Source of the DNA: Monocercomonoides exilis PA203
Taxonomy: Eukaryota; Protista; Preaxostyla
DNA length: 64,000 nt
Assembly (NCBI GenBank): GCA_001643675.2
Contig: LSRY02000068.1
Span: 1-64,000, forward strand
Direction of reading: 5' to 3'
Position numbers and translations under genes: made by a program
Notes under the pieces: generated by a model
Database searches by the model: none
The model's input: the letters and a program-made list of their open reading frames with translations, nothing else
What the model was told of the DNA's origin: nothing
Part shown: positions 1-14,500 of the stretch, piece after piece
Position numbering within the stretch: the stretch's first letter is position 1
How the letters are laid out: each line of letters begins with the position of its first letter

Positions 1-84
1 CCTTCCACCTCATCCTCCCCCACCGTTGTCTTCTTCCCACAACACTCATCCCGCTCCCGACTTTCACTGCAACCACCTTCCTGT

Positions 85-1568
85 TCAAGTTTGGTAATAG
101 CTTTGAAACACGGCAATTTTTGACGGTTGCTTCAAGCTTCTCATGGGTGTTTTCACAAACCCAGAAGGCAGAATCTGCGAAGAAGAAAACAGAATCATCT
201 CTCTTTCCGCTGAGGCCAACGAAGAAGGCATAGCTAGAGTTACCACCAAAACAACTGTGGTCCGCTTGTCATCCACACTCACCATCACACTCTCCTGCAT
301 CTGCTTCTTCTTAACCTTCTCAATCACTACATCAGTCAACTCCACATTCTCATTCATCACCAACAGCTGCTCCTTCACTTCCTTCACCTTTGTGTTGTGC
401 TCCTTACTCAGCTCCAGAATCTTCCTCTACAGCATCCGGATGATCTTGTACTTCTCCTGCAACTGCTCCGACAGCCCGCTCGTCCGCTTCGAGATACGCT
501 CATCGTCCCGGATCTTCTGCAGCAGCATGTGGAACTCCGAGTACAGCTTTTCCATCTCCTGCTTCACCTCCTCGTGCTGCTCCTTCAGCTCCCGGATCTG
601 CCGTCCCAGCCCCTCCTTCTCCATCCCCAGCTTTACAACATGCCCCTCGTACTTCCCGTCCGTCTTGCTAAGCTTCTACACCGCATTCGCCTTCATCCTC
701 TTTAAGTCTTCCTTCTTGTTCTTCAGCTCTTCCCCTTTTCAAACATTGCTGCACATCTTCCCGTCATTTTATCGTCCAGTTTCACTCCACACACCTCAAC
801 AACTGCAATTGCCATATCTTCAGCGAAGGGAAAAAATTGATCGTTAATCGACAATAACTCATTCATATCTGCCACCGATAATATCCGCTTTCTCCCAACT
901 TCTTTCCCACAGACATTGCAAGCGACTGAAGTGGAGCCACCAGCGGAACAAAAGCATCGCCGAAAGCTTTTCATTGCGTATGTTCAAAATGTCCACGAAC
1001 CTCACAGCAAGCCACATGACAGCATGTTCCCACAGCATCTTCAGCGACAGCGACATGTGCAGAACATATGCCCAAGTTATTCTGGCATCACAATCCGCAG
1101 CCGTCTTTCGATGCTGTCCATCGCTGCTAATGACGTGTAAAACACAGCTACCGCCGATGCCTCCGAAGGATCAACTGTAGATACAAATGAGGATGATGAT
1201 GGGCTTATGCCCTTCAACCTTCTCCTCTTCGCTTTTCCACCTCCTGAAAGGTTAAGTTGATCGGCGTGATGCTCCAGTTGAAGAAGACAAAAAGACAAAG
1301 GACTTGAGCGAAAAGACGACTGCTGCACGGAACCAGCAACAAGAAGATTTTTCAGATACCCCATCACCCCTGCTGGAAGCTCCAACAACTGCACAAAGAT
1401 GACATCTTCATGTGACAAGAGATACTGATCAGTTAGAATTGCAAACCTTTTCTCAAGTGATTGAAAAGTACAAAACTGGATGTCTTCACGCAAAGGATTC
1501 AAAATGAAATGAAAAATATATGAAAATAAGAAGGATAAATAATCAAAACAGCAAGGATTTTCATTCAT
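85..1568 (-). pseudogene. Probable pseudogene (or unresolved multi-exon gene) of a Cys-rich plus coiled-coil protein
   Basis: ORFs 1077-1568 and 723-974 share a frame but are separated by several in-frame stops. ORFs 427-624 and 85-387 share a second frame separated by one TAG, with a frameshift near 720. Cys motifs (CFC...CNVC) are followed by a K/E-rich coiled coil. Visibly higher GC than the flanking DNA. Confidence 0.5.
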
Positions 1569-2143
1569 AACTTGTTCCTCAAAATGATTAACTTGTTCTT
1601 TTTCTTGTTTACAGAATAAGTGCTTTTCGAAAAATAAATTGTTTGTTTATTTCATTTTTTCAATTCAACATCTGAATCTTTTTCTTTCTTGCACGTTTAT
1701 TTGAATGTGATTTGAATGCTATGCGTATGAAACAAAAATATTTCAATAATCAAAAATATCAAGAAAAATTACCAAAACGAACTATTTTTTCTTATTTATT
1801 TTCTTGCAATTAAAAGCATTATATAATTTAACAGAATTCAAAAGATTTTAACGAAAAATATCACCAATGAAATGAAAATCAAGAAATAGAAACATATCAA
1901 TTCGTAGATTCAAGCAACACGAAAACAATATAAACTAAAAGTGAATGTTATAATAAAGTTAAAAATATTCATCATATATAAACAATTTTTAAAAATATTT
2001 TTGAAAGAGACAGAAAAAACACAAAACATGATTTAATTTGAGAAATAATATGGGAACGGAATGATCAATATTTTCTGATCATTTTTGATCTGATTTTCAG
2101 ATCAATTAATATTTTGTGACTTTTCAAAAAAAATACCCAGATG

Positions 2144-3014
2144 TCAATTCTTTATCTCTTTAGCTTATGAAGCTTTAAAGATAATCATCAATGAAATTAT
2201 CGCTTATTCCTGTTGGAGGAAAGCTTTTCCTTAATAAGCTCCAGGTTCCTTCAATTATGTTAGAACATATGCCTGTTGTTGGACCTTTGAAGTTACATTT
2301 ATGGCACACTGTTTTCTGAGGATATCCGAGTTCTTTCAAGAACTAATAGGCTTTCCATTCATCTATATTGATTGTTGTTCTCTCAATAACAATCGCTCGA
2401 ATAATTTTTAATAGAGTGTTTTTCTTTCGATCTTTCACTCTTATCAGAATGCATTTGACTTTTTCTCCATCCACTGACAGTTCGATCATTCCATAAATCC
2501 AAATTTGAGCTTTCTTTCTCCCTTTGTGAAATTTTCTTTTTCTAAGAATAGCTTCATCTCTTTCTTCAATTGAATTAATTCTTCCAAGTTTTCGAAATCC
2601 TTCAACAGCCAAAGTGAAAAGACTTGCTCTGGTGACAGAATTTTAAAACTCAATCGAATTTTCACTTATGTTTGTTCAAAGACTTGTTTGATAAATGTGT
2701 GGTCCAATGAGTTTATACAGTTGTATCAAAACCAACGTTTTCAATTCAATGCGACAATGAAAAAAAGGAGTTCCACCTAATATGGATAGATATTAAGAGC
2801 AGTCATTGCATCTCCATCGACAAATCTTAGCAACATTCTCCAATTTTATAGATTTCCGACATTTTGGACATTTTTGGGCATTGATATTGAAAAAATGAAA
2901 AATCCAATCCCACGTTGAATTGTTATCCTTATGAATTTTGGGAATTGCATGAATATCTCTTTTGGAATCCACAATTTTGTACATTTCTATTTTTTGATGA
3001 AGAAATGAAAACAT
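2144..3014 (-). mobile_element. Degenerate Merlin/IS1595 (ISXO2-like) DDE transposase, copy 1
   Basis: Fragments: N-terminal Zn ribbon CPKC...CRWRC..C; DEAILRKRKFHKGR..QIWIYGMIE; RVKDRKKNTLL; TTINIDEWKAY; VCHKCNF..TTGICSNIIEGTWS. Broken by stops and frameshifts. TIRs not resolved. Confidence 0.85.
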
Positions 3015-3463
3015 CTTAGATTATAATAATGTATTTTTCTGTTTTTCGAATCTTTGAATTTTGAAATTTTTGAACACAAATTGTTCATTTCCACAAAAAA
3101 ATTATAATTTTTAATTTTTTCATTGAAAAAAAGTTTTTAAAAATGGAAATTTCACCCTTGGCATGTTTTATTTTTGATGTTAAATCATTCTTTCACAAAA
3201 AATCCGAAAAAAAACGAGTTTCTGAATGTTACTTAAAGTCGTGATTAACCAAATGATTTTATCTTTCTTTTGTTTGGAAATTTTTATTTTGGAATGAATC
3301 AAATTATTATTTCTCTGCAAATATAGTTTTGAACTAAATTTTTGAAATCAATTATATTCAACAACAATCTCAATAAAATGATTGATAATTGAAATTTAAC
3401 TAGTAGGCACTCAAATATACTTTGAATAGATTCAATTTAACTTGTCCACAATTTGAATAGAGC

Positions 3464-3560
3464 TTTATTTTTATTTTATTTTTTATTTTATTTTTTTATT
3501 TTATTTTTTATTTTATTTTTTTATTTTATTTTTTATTTTATTTTATTATTTTATTTAATT
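3464..3560. repeat. (TTTTA/TTTTTA)n microsatellite
   Basis: Tandem penta/hexamer run seen directly. Confidence 0.9.
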
Positions 3561-4100
3561 TTTTCTTTTTTTTTTGTTTAGTGTGAAATTATTTTATATT
3601 TTTTAATTGAGCATTTTATGCAACATAATTCAACCCCAACAAGTTAATTTGGGTTGAAACCCTAACATTGAAACTGTGATCAATAGAAATAAAGCGAACA
3701 AATAAAAACCCTTAAAAAAAGATTTTTGAATTTCACGAAAATTGAAAATAAAATTTTATGAAAGTTTCCTCAAACAATCGACAGATAAAAACTTATGTGC
3801 ACGAAATGTTATCATCATAGCTGCAACATATAACAATTTTGTTTCCTGTCGTATCCTGTGCATTGACCAAAATAATTTGTTCATTATAGACTTTGCTAAT
3901 TTAAATTGTTATTCAAATTTAAATAAAATCATTCTAATCTCTCATTGAATCTTTTATTTAATGATTTACCATTATTTTTTTACATGAAAATGTTCAACTT
4001 GATTTTATATTAATTCAGAAAAAGTTTTAAATAAATCTTGGAATTTTTCAAAAAGTACAATATTTGCTGAGATTGTCAAAACCCAATATGAATAATATAT

Positions 4101-4354
4101 GGGTGATTATTTTTGAAATCATATCTTTTTCGGGGTGTTAATTTTCAAAGATTGTTTGTTTTTTGAAAGAAGTTTTTAATCCAAAAGAGAAGATGCATGA
4201 TAATTGTTTTTAAAAACAAATGTTTTCACCTAATGAAAGATAAGAATGTCTTCAATAAGCCTTTTCACTTTTTAACGTTCATATGAAAATATTCAAGATA
4301 AGTTTTTGAACCGAAAATTATGTATGAAAAATTTGATTTCAAAAATAATCACCC
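4101..4354. mobile_element. 254-bp MITE with GGG...CCC termini
   Basis: Perfect 20-bp TIRs GGGTGATTATTTTTGAAATC / GATTTCAAAAATAATCACCC, with ATATAT on both flanks. Confidence 0.85.
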
Positions 4355-4787
4355 ATATATGAGACAAAATGGCAAAAGGGGATCATACGGCCAGAAATGA
4401 TTTTTTCTTGAAAATGCCAAAAACTGTTTCGAAACTGAGCTTAAGGTACTCATTAATAAAGTTCAGTCATTAAAGAAATGTCAAAAGTTAAATTATCTTC
4501 CATCAAAACTAACTTTTAGAGATTCAAAAATTTGATCAAACCCTTCAATTTATTTAACTCTTCTTTCTGTTAGGTTTTTCACAGTATTAACAAATTCATA
4601 TTTGAGAACTTTGTGAATTAGGGTTAACCCTAAAAGAAATTTCATTTCAACTTTATTTACAAAGATATTAGGGCTTGAATATGAAGATAATTTTTTATCA
4701 CAATTTAAAATTGAGAAAAAATAATAAGTTTTTTTAATCAAAATTGATGATAAAAATAGACTTTATCTTCATTGTACTAATGATTTA

Positions 4788-5181
4788 CAGATATCGCATA
4801 AAATACCGGACATCGCACAAAATACCGGACAAGATCCATTTCACAATAACTGCAACAGTAATAATTCTGACAATTTTCCTCAAAATATATCTCATCAATA
4901 CAAACTCATTTGATATACGAAACTTTCATTACTTCTCGATTGTGCTCAGAAAAAGTTATTATTGAAATTTCGGAGAAATAGAATTTTGAGTTTCTCCGAG
5001 AATTCGATAAATATTTTTCTGAGCACAAATGAAGCTGTCCTGAAAGTCTTATATGTCACGTGAGTTTGTATTAATGAAATATGTTAAGAGGAAATTTAAC
5101 AGAATTTTTCTTCTTGTTGTTATTGAGATATCGATCTTGTCCGGTATTTTGTGCGATGTCCGGTATTTTATGCGATATCTG
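4788..5181. mobile_element. 394-bp Tc1/mariner-type MITE
   Basis: Perfect 49-bp TIRs (4788-4836 / 5133-5181) starting CAG and flanked by TA on both sides. Each TIR carries two ATCGCA(T/C)AAAATACCGGAC repeats. Internal hairpin 4940-5028. Confidence 0.92.
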
Positions 5182-5249
5182 TATCTGATAGGAATATGAA
5201 AAAGAAATCGTTATTAATGGATTTTTACTGGTCGTATCATACCCATTTT

Positions 5250-5440
5250 GCGACAAAATTCTTGCTTTTATGAAAAAAACAACGATTTGTTTCAAACTTT
5301 TTCTGTTTTCATATCATAACAAGTCAAACATTCCCATGCAAAAATGTTTAGAAAAATTTAAAAAATGGGAAATTTGTTCGAAAATTCCGAATGGAACAAA
5401 ATTTATAAAGCAAAAATATCGTCTCACATTTTTGAATTGT
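5250..5440 (+). mobile_element. Degenerate copy of the GGGGCAAAATT-ended MITE family
   Basis: Similar by eye to 35597-35790 (CAAAATT..TTATGAAAAAAAC..GATTTGTT..AAACTTTTTCTG and GAATGGAACAAAATT.ATAAAGCAAA). Ends approximate. Confidence 0.6.
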
Positions 5441-5541
5441 TATATAATTAAGAAAAGTCACAAAAAAATGATAATATTGTTATGGGATAAATTATTTGAT
5501 TTGACATTTTGGTTCTTCTTTTCTTTCATTGTTGAAGAATT

Positions 5542-8500
5542 ATGTCCAATGCCAAAAATGCCTTTCAATTGTTCATCATCATTTTTAAAGCCCTATTCAC
5601 TTGGCTGAACGCAACCTCAATAACCAATGAAACAGAAAATAGAAATACAGAAAATATTCAGATAAATTATCAATCTCCTTTTCATAATTTGAACAACTTG
5701 TACCACAACGAGTCAAAAATTTGGAACAATTTTCAAACATTTGCAGAGAAGTTTCCAGTTTTTCATTTCCTAAACTTTCTAACAGTGCAGTTGAAACTGA
5801 GACTGATCTTGCGAATTCAACAATGAAACTGATGCAAATGGATTTTATCCAACAGCCTGATAAGTTTGGTGTTGTTTGTACAGATTTTTCGTTTTTGAAA
5901 GTTGAGTCTTGCCAAATAATTGTGAGTAACACTTTTTCAAGAAACATGTTTTTTGTTGCAAATTCATCAACTGTTATGTCAAACATTACCCTTTCTTATC
6001 CAATCAATTCTCAATCACTACAACCTCTTATATCTTCAATTCTATCATACAAAAGTTCTTATAATAAATGTGGAAACGTTGTATTTTCATCGTCATATAT
6101 CAGTTCAATAAGCATTGGAGAAGAGCCACTCCTTTCACCTAGCCATGTTCCAGTTGTGGAATTGAAGAATAGCTTGTTCAGAAACATCACACAGAAAAGC
6201 AGATGTGGTACAAGCCAAGAAAAATATCAGAAAAATCAACGTGAACAATGCACATTAATTGAAAGTTGCACCATGGAAAAAATAGACAATGGATATGAGG
6301 GAGGTATTGTTTTTGGAATGGCAGTTCGCCAAGGCTCTTTTCGTGCTTCGAATTCATCTTTTCTTTGCTCTTCCAGAAACACTTGTCAAAGGATAAGTCA
6401 TATGGACTCGGCAACTACTGAAGTTGACGGATGCTTGTTTGATGGAATGAAAGATTCTCAACGTGGAGGTGCTATTTTTCACAATTCAACAGGAAAATGT
6501 TCAATTCTAAATAGTGAATTTGCAAATTGTCAGGCAACTTACGCAGGAGGGGCCTGTTATCTTGATCTTTCTAATAATCTTATGTTGTGCGGAAGTAATT
6601 TCACAAACTGTTCAACTGGTGAATGGGCAGGATCTGTCGATGTTCATTCGAATTCAAGAAATGTTTTCTCAAAATGCGTATTTTCATTGAGCAAAACTTT
6701 TTATGCTGGTGGATGCATTTCTCTTATAGATACATGCATTGGAGATTCAATGAGCGAGTGCAACTTTTTTGATGGGCAAGTTAATAGAACAGAAGGTGTT
6801 GAACTCGGAGGAGGAATATGGATAGCGGAAGATGCTGGATTAACTTTTTCTGATTGTTCGTTAAAATATTGCAAATCAAACAACAGCGTGGGAGGAGCAA
6901 TGGCATTTTGCACACGCTCATATTTGATTTTATCAACAAAATTATCCTTTTGCTTTTTTGAAGGAAACGAAGCAAAAGGAGTTGGTTCTGATATATATGC
7001 TGAGGAAAAGTGGAATTCGATATTGGTGGAGTCAAACGTTCTTTTTTGTCGCTCATTAACAACAGCACAGAATCGTTTTTATGTTGGAAATACAGACAAA
7101 AGTTTCTTAATGCGCAATTATTTCAACCCTATTTCAGTAAATAATTCTAATGGAATTGACAGTCCTGTGTGCGGAAGTTCTGGAAGAGCTTGTAGAACTA
7201 TCAAATATTCCTTTTTTGTGACAAATCCATCTGCTTCCCCAAATTTGATTAACGTTGCAGCAGGACAGTTCGAAGAAGAAGAAATGAATATTGGCAAATT
7301 AGACATTGCAGTAACTGGGAAAATGGACGAAACAACAATCATTTCGAAAATCTCAGATGTTTCGCTTTTTTCACTTTCAGAAGGAAAACTCTCACTTGAT
7401 TCATTTTCAATCATCCACAGTTCTCAGGCAGCTGAATCAGCTTCTCAATCTCTTGTTTCTGTATCATCGAATGGAATTTTTAACATTAAAAACTGTAAAA
7501 TAACAACAGATACATCTCAGCAAAACGAATTTTCATCGCCATTTTTTGATATAACCAGAGGAAGCGGAACAATTGTCAATTGCGAAATCAGATCTGTTAC
7601 ATTTTCAAATGCACCTCTTATACGTGCAACAGATGCTGCAGAAGTTATTCTTACGAATACAAAGATAATCTCAATTCATAGGAACTTAGAAAATGGAGCA
7701 GCTATTGAATCTGAAATGGTGAGCGATGGAATAATCAAGATAAACAATGTTACGTTAAGCGATTGTAGATGCTTGAGTGGGAATGGTGGTGGAATTTGCT
7801 GTTTGATGAGAAGTGACAATGTTTTTGATATTGGGAATTCCACAGCTGCATTATTCAGCTCATGCGCTGTTCCCGTGGATGCAACGAAAAAAGGAAAGGG
7901 TGGTGGAATATTTCTTATTGTCGAAGATAGTGAATGCGATTTTTCTTTAAAAAATTTAACTTTTTCTAATTGCAGCGCATGGAAGGGAAGAAATTTATTT
8001 GTGGACGCACCAACTTTAAAAGATATCATAAATAATTCGTCTATAGGTTTCAGCAGAACCGGGATGAATGATGAAGATATAATGGGTTATGAGCAAGGAT
8101 ATCAAGATATCCCAGTCACTTTAATTCCATTTCTTAAATCATTTTCTCCCCCTGCATTTGTAGGTGGAATGAAAGAAAGAGATTTCAACGCCTGTGGCTT
8201 TATTGATTATCCATGTTCAACAATTGAAAAGGTTGCATCAGTTCGTTTTCACAATTCAGCAAGAAGCCTCATTTTGCGTTTAGGATTTGTGTGGAAAGAA
8301 GAGATTGAGCTGAACGAGTATAATTGGAGCTTTCAATGCGAGGAAGCCGGAGATGAGATCGTTGTCGCACCTTCAACCGAGCCAACAAGTCAAGCATTGA
8401 TTACAACAAATCAACAAACTCAATTCATCAATGTGATCTTTCTCCTTCCCGAAACATTATCACAGACTACAAAACAATTTATGTGTTGCCAAGGGTTTTC

Positions 8501-11500
8501 TTTGAGGTTGACTTCATGTGAGATAAAGCCAATAACAGGAATAACTTCTATTGAATTTGCACCTTTTGCCGCTACGAATGGGATGATAATCGCCACAAAT
8601 TTAGTGTGTTCATCATTTTCTTTGGAAAGCCAACCATTAATATCACTTGCTGGAATTGGTGTAATTGGGGAATTTAATCGTATTACAGCTGAAGCAGTCA
8701 GTACAACAGCAGAATGTGGATTTTTTGAAGTGAAAGACAGAAGCACATTGAAGATGAGTAATTCTTTGATAACTTCATCGGAGACTCCATCGACAAATGC
8801 CTTTCTTAAAATATCAACAGCAAGCACAATTGAGCTTGTGAACAACACTCTTTCTAATTTTGAAAGAAACGGTTTCAATGGCGGTTGCTTTGAATGCACC
8901 TTAACTGATGGTGCATTCCTATCTGTGATTGGGGGATCTTTTAATAATTGCAAAATCGTTGGAGGGAATGGTGGGGCACTGAGTATTAAAATGGATGCTC
9001 AAAGTCGCTTTTGTATTGGAAATACATCAACAGCCGAAGACGTTGTCAGTTTTTCATCATGCTCCGCATCAAAAAAGACTGAAGAAAACACTGCTTTTGG
9101 AGGAGGAATATATTTACATGCGGAAGAAAATGCAAAGAATTTTGTTCTCAAGGAAATTTCTTTCATCGGGTGCACAGCAGAAAAAGGAAATGATTTATTT
9201 GTTTATGGATACAACCTGTCTGCTATAATAAATGAAGATAGTTTTGCGTTTCATCCAACTCTCACAGACTTTTCAAAATTTGTTGGATTCGAAAAATGTA
9301 CAACTGATACATCATATTATATTCCACTTGTGGTGTTTCTATGGAACAACTTCACTTCAAATGGCTTTGCAAGCGAATCGGAAGGAGGAGATTTCGGCAA
9401 ATGCGGATTTTCTGAAGTTCCTTGTAAAACGGTTAATCATTTGATATTAACTCGTTTGACGCCATTTCCTGCAGAACATAATACAATCACAATATTAAGT
9501 GAGGCTTCAATTCACATGGCATTTGACATTTCATTAACATCTTCTCCACCTTTTTCATCACTTCCATCACTTATCATTAAAGGCAATTCATGTGGAACGA
9601 AATTATCTATTTTTGATGAGAAATCAGTTGACCAAGCTTCGTTATTGCACTCATCCATTGAGTTGCCCCTCATGAATCTCACCTTTTCACTTCCACCTTC
9701 TTTGAATGAAACAAGATCTTGGCTTGTTTCTTCGAATAAATCACTTTCTTTCTTTAACTGTTCACTTGAATTGAGAGAAGGAAATGGATTGACTTATTCT
9801 CTGATTTTGATTGAAGGAGGAACATTTTTTGCGAGTCAAATGTACATTGGATCCATCTCATCTGAAATAGCGATATCAACAACTACTCCATTGATTGTAA
9901 TTCAAGTTACTGATTTGGCAAGTTTCATGAGCTGCTCATTTGAAAATGTCAATCATATGCAAGGTAATGGATCGTGCATTGAAGTTGAAAATCTATTAAC
10001 CTCTGCAAAACTCATCATTAGCAACTGCACATTTTCAGAATGTTTTGCAACAGCAAAGGAAGGAGCTGGAGGAGCACTTCTTGGGAGCATTGCAGATGGC
10101 GCTTTTGTTGAAGTGAATGATTCATCATTCAATTCATGCAGAGTTCCAGATGATGAATCATTTGGAAGAGGGTTAGGTGGGGGCATGTATCTTGATTTCA
10201 TTGGAACATCTTCACGCTTCCAGTTTTGCAACATATCATTTGAATCATGTGTTGCATGGAAAGGGAAGAATATATTTTTAAGAGCAGATTCTCTGTCAAG
10301 CAAAGTGACAAAAAAGACTATGAATTTCACATTTGATGTTGAAACAAGTGAAACACCTGATTTAGATGAGCTTAGCGGAGTGGAGAATGGAAATACCAAT
10401 TATATGATACCTCTCGTTCTTCTCTTGAGGAATTTTTCGGGTTCATGCTTTGTCGGAGGTGAAAACGGAATTGATGACTTCCTTTGTGGATTTGAAGATT
10501 ATTCGTGCCAAACAATTTTATATGCAGGAGCATATCGCTTTGGTGCATCTAAAGCGCTAATACGCCTTCTTCCAACATTCTCGTTCAAAGATAGATTAAA
10601 TCTGGATTCGCAAGCACTTTACATTGATTCTATAAAAGATGAAGCGCAGATACTTGTGGAGTCTAGTGGAAAGGGAGAAGGGAACGCGCTAATTGAAACA
10701 AGCATTGAAGTTAACATTTCTGGAATATGCTTTGTACTACCTTCAACTTTTTCGCCAAGTACAAGAACAGCATTATTCAGTTGCAGCGCATCCTCGCTTT
10801 CTTTTTCTGGTTGCTCAATATCTGTTCCATCATTTTCATTGATGTATTCTTTTCTTGTTGCATCAAATGGTACAATTATCCAGAATAAACTCAAAATATG
10901 CAACACAGCCTTTGAAACAACATCTGGATTTATTTTCAGAGGAGATGGAACAAAAGGATCATTCATTCAAATTGACTTCCAAAATGTGACAACAGAAGCA
11001 GAAAATGGGTTAATTCGAGTTGATTCTGGTGCTTCTTTGTCTGTAGAAAATTCTCAAATAACTGACAGTTCAATGATTTCAAGTGAAGTCATCCGCTCAC
11101 AACTGACAACCGCAATGCAACTGAAAAATTCTTCATTCAGGAATATTGAAAGAAGAAGCGGGAATGGCGCATTACTTGTTGGAGCTGTGGGAGGAGGGAG
11201 GAAATATTCAATTGCTAACTGTTCGATAGAAAAGAGTTATTGCATCGAAAATGGAAATATAAAAGGAGGAGGAATTGTTGCGGAGGTGAAGAGGGATGGA
11301 GAATGGGAATTTGAGAAGAATAACGTGAAGGACTGCACAGTCGATGGATTGCACGGTTTTGGAGGAGGAATGTATCTTCGATTTGCGGAGGCATCTGTCA
11401 AATACTCAATGAAAAGCAATCACTTTGAATCAAACGATGCAAAGCTTGGGAAAGATGTGTATTTGCTGTGTCCAAGTCCTCAGGTTATGGTTAATGCAAT

Positions 11501-14500
11501 TTATTGGGAAGGATCGGCAAAAGAAAATGACGCAACAAACACAAAATGGGTGTTTGACGATTCAGTTCCACAAGGAGCAAATATATCAATTCTGTTTTAT
11601 CTGTTTCCTCCTTCAACCGAGATTATTTATGTGGAAAGTGGAGTGGAGACTTTTCAGGAGTGCGGTAGCAAAGTGTATCCCTGTTTGAGCATTCCAATTG
11701 GAGTCGATGCATTGAACGAAAACAAAAAGATTGTTCATTTGAACAACGAAAATGAGCTGAATGAAACAATTGACAGAAATGGACTTCCACTCACGATTGA
11801 AGGAGAAAGGGCAGATAGATCAGAGTTGAAGATCTATGAATTTGGGTGCTTTTCTTTGAACTCAGGAACAGCTGCAACAACATTCACGCTTTCTCAGCTT
11901 ATTTTTGTTCTTCCCCAGCCGCAACATGGAACAGAAAGCTTGGTTAACTCGATGATTTTTGTTAGTACTGGTCGCTTCTCTGTTGTTAATTGTCTCTTTG
12001 GAGCAGACGATGAATTAGGCGTTGAAACTGACATGTTGATTTCGTCGGTGATTGGAGGATTCATCGGTTTTGATTCAGTTTCATTATCAAAACTAAAATT
12101 TTCTGGAGAAAGTGGGATCACACACACAAGTGGTGGAAGAATTTTGATGGAAAATTGTAATGTGACTTCTGTTTCAAGTGACGGAGAAGGATTAATGATA
12201 GGTGAAGCAGGAAGCATAGTGTCTTTGAAAAATATTCTTGTAAAGACAAGCGTAAATGGAAATGGGCATTTCTTGAAATCCATAAATGCCTCTCAGATTG
12301 AAATATCAGAAGGATGCATTTTTGAAGGATGCCAATCTGTGATAAAAGACGGAGGATTCCTGCATTGTGAAACGAGCGATGAAGGAGAATTGAGTATTAA
12401 AGACTCAAAGATTCTATTGTGCTCCGTTTCAACGTTAAGCGGAAGGGGAGGAGGAATTTTCTTGCATCTATTATCTGAAGCAAATTGCAACTATCAGTTC
12501 ACCAATATAATCTTTTCAAAAAATACTGCTCAGCACGGGAATGATGTGTTCCTTTCCTGCGTCGATTTGAACAAAAGCGTAAGCTCATCGAGATTTGAAA
12601 CACTCGTTGGAGACCGAATGGGAACATCAACTGAAATGGAAGGAATGGATGGATTCGTTTTTTGTGATTCTCCAATAGATTTGTCTTTTCTTTTGAACCA
12701 GAGAAAAGCATCAGAAAATATCATTTCAGATCTTGGATTTGATATATTGGGCTGTGGAACAGAAGAATATCCTTGTAATTCATTCTGGAGGGGTTATATG
12801 AACATTAATTTTATGCTTTCTAAAAAGACACTGAACGTCATACAATCAACAAAGGTGACAGATGCTTTTGACTTGTCAGGATTCACTGTACGTTCATCTG
12901 ATGAATTGTTATATTGTTCGATTTTTGTGGATTCAACAATTTCTTCGTCTTTGCCTTCTTCATCATCTTCATTAGCTGTTTTTTCATCCTCGTCAGAAAC
13001 AAGTTTTCAACGAATAGCATTTCAAATTCCTTCTGGCTTCGCTTCTAGTCATCGAAATTTGTTTTCATCAAATTCTGAAAGCGATCTTTCGTTGATTAAC
13101 GTTTCATTCTCCTCCTCCTCCTCCTCATCTTCATTAGACTATACATTGATAACTGCAATAGGCAACTTTGTTCTGTTGAAGAGATGTGCTGTCGAAATGC
13201 TTTCATTTTCTGAGGCACCGCTGCAATTAATGTGTTCTTCAACATTCAATGAAAGCAATTTTTTGAATGTTTCATCTCCGAATTGTGAAGAAGGAGGAAT
13301 TATGAAAGTTGCATTGAGTGAAGATAATAAAATGATAATTGAAAACAGCTCGATGAAGCTGTGCTCTTGTTCATTGAGCAATGGAAGAGGAGGAGCTGTA
13401 TTCATCAACTGCTCATCAGCAAATCAGAAATTACCTTTTATATTTAGCTCGACAATATTTGAAGAGAATAACGCATTTACGGGTAAGAATGCGTTCATTA
13501 TTAGTTCTGACTTGAACCAAACTGTGTCAGAGCTTTCTTTTGCATTTGATTATTTGATATTTGCTGATGACTCAAATGCATTTACCGGAAGCGATGGAAG
13601 GTCAATCGATGTGGATCTATTTCGATATCTAATTTGGTATCAATCTGATGCAGTTTATCTATCTTCAGCTGGGTGCGATGTTAAGCGGTGCGGAAGCGAG
13701 GCAGATCCATGTGAAAGCTTTTGGAAAGGGATGATGCAAGTGGGTGGAGAAGCTTCGCGAAAGAAAATGATTATTGACAGATCAACAATCATTAGAGACA
13801 TGTTTGATTTGTCAAATTTCTCTATCGAATCACAAAAAAGTGAAATTGAAGAGGAAGTTAAGCCTGCACTAAATATGGAGCTGAATTCTATGATCAAGAA
13901 TCAACATTTTTTGCTTCTTGAATCAATTTCTATTTTCACTTTGGCTTCTTTTGTAAATGCAGAAAAGGCTGTAATTTTGAATGAAATAGGTGAGCTTCAA
14001 TTTAGCAATTGTGCTCTTTCTTCATATGCATCGACACAGCAGCCAGGGGATTATTCATTTGTGATTTCTAGAAGTGGAATTATCAAAGCAGATAAACTTT
14101 TAATCCAGGACATCAATGCGATTCAGTCAATTTTCGTTCTGGAATGGAATTGTAAATGTTTAGTTTCAGAAGTGACATCTATTTCTGTGAGAATAGTATC
14201 AGGAAGTCTCTTTTTTTTTGAAGAAGAAACAAAAATAAATGGTAATTCTGCTTCTTTAATATGCAATGGATCCAGTTTTAACACTATAACAAGATTGGAT
14301 AATGGACCAAGTTGGTTATCTGTAAAAACAAATCAGTCCATTGAACTTCAGGTGAACAATTCAGTATTCGAGTCGATCAAAGCAGGCGATTCAGAAAAAG
14401 GAGGAATGGGATTTTTCGTCTTAACCGAAGAGAGTTCGATGAAGATTTCACAGTGCAAAATTTTGCAATGCGGATGCTCCAATACAAAAGGAAAAGGAGG

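Noticed and set aside
143-847. 234-aa plus-strand ORF
   Set aside because: S/F-rich antisense shadow of the K/E-rich coiled-coil frame on the minus strand.
85-1568. Alternative genetic code or stop readthrough
   Set aside because: All three stop types plus a frameshift occur, and intact genes in the window have multi-kb frames ending at standard stops.
4618-4633. TTAGGGTTAACCCTAA as a telomere fusion or piggyBac junction
   Set aside because: Only one repeat unit per side and no convincing partner TIRs.
4788-4836. Direct repeats as a CRISPR-like array
   Set aside because: Two adjacent units without spacers, mirrored as the TIR of a MITE.
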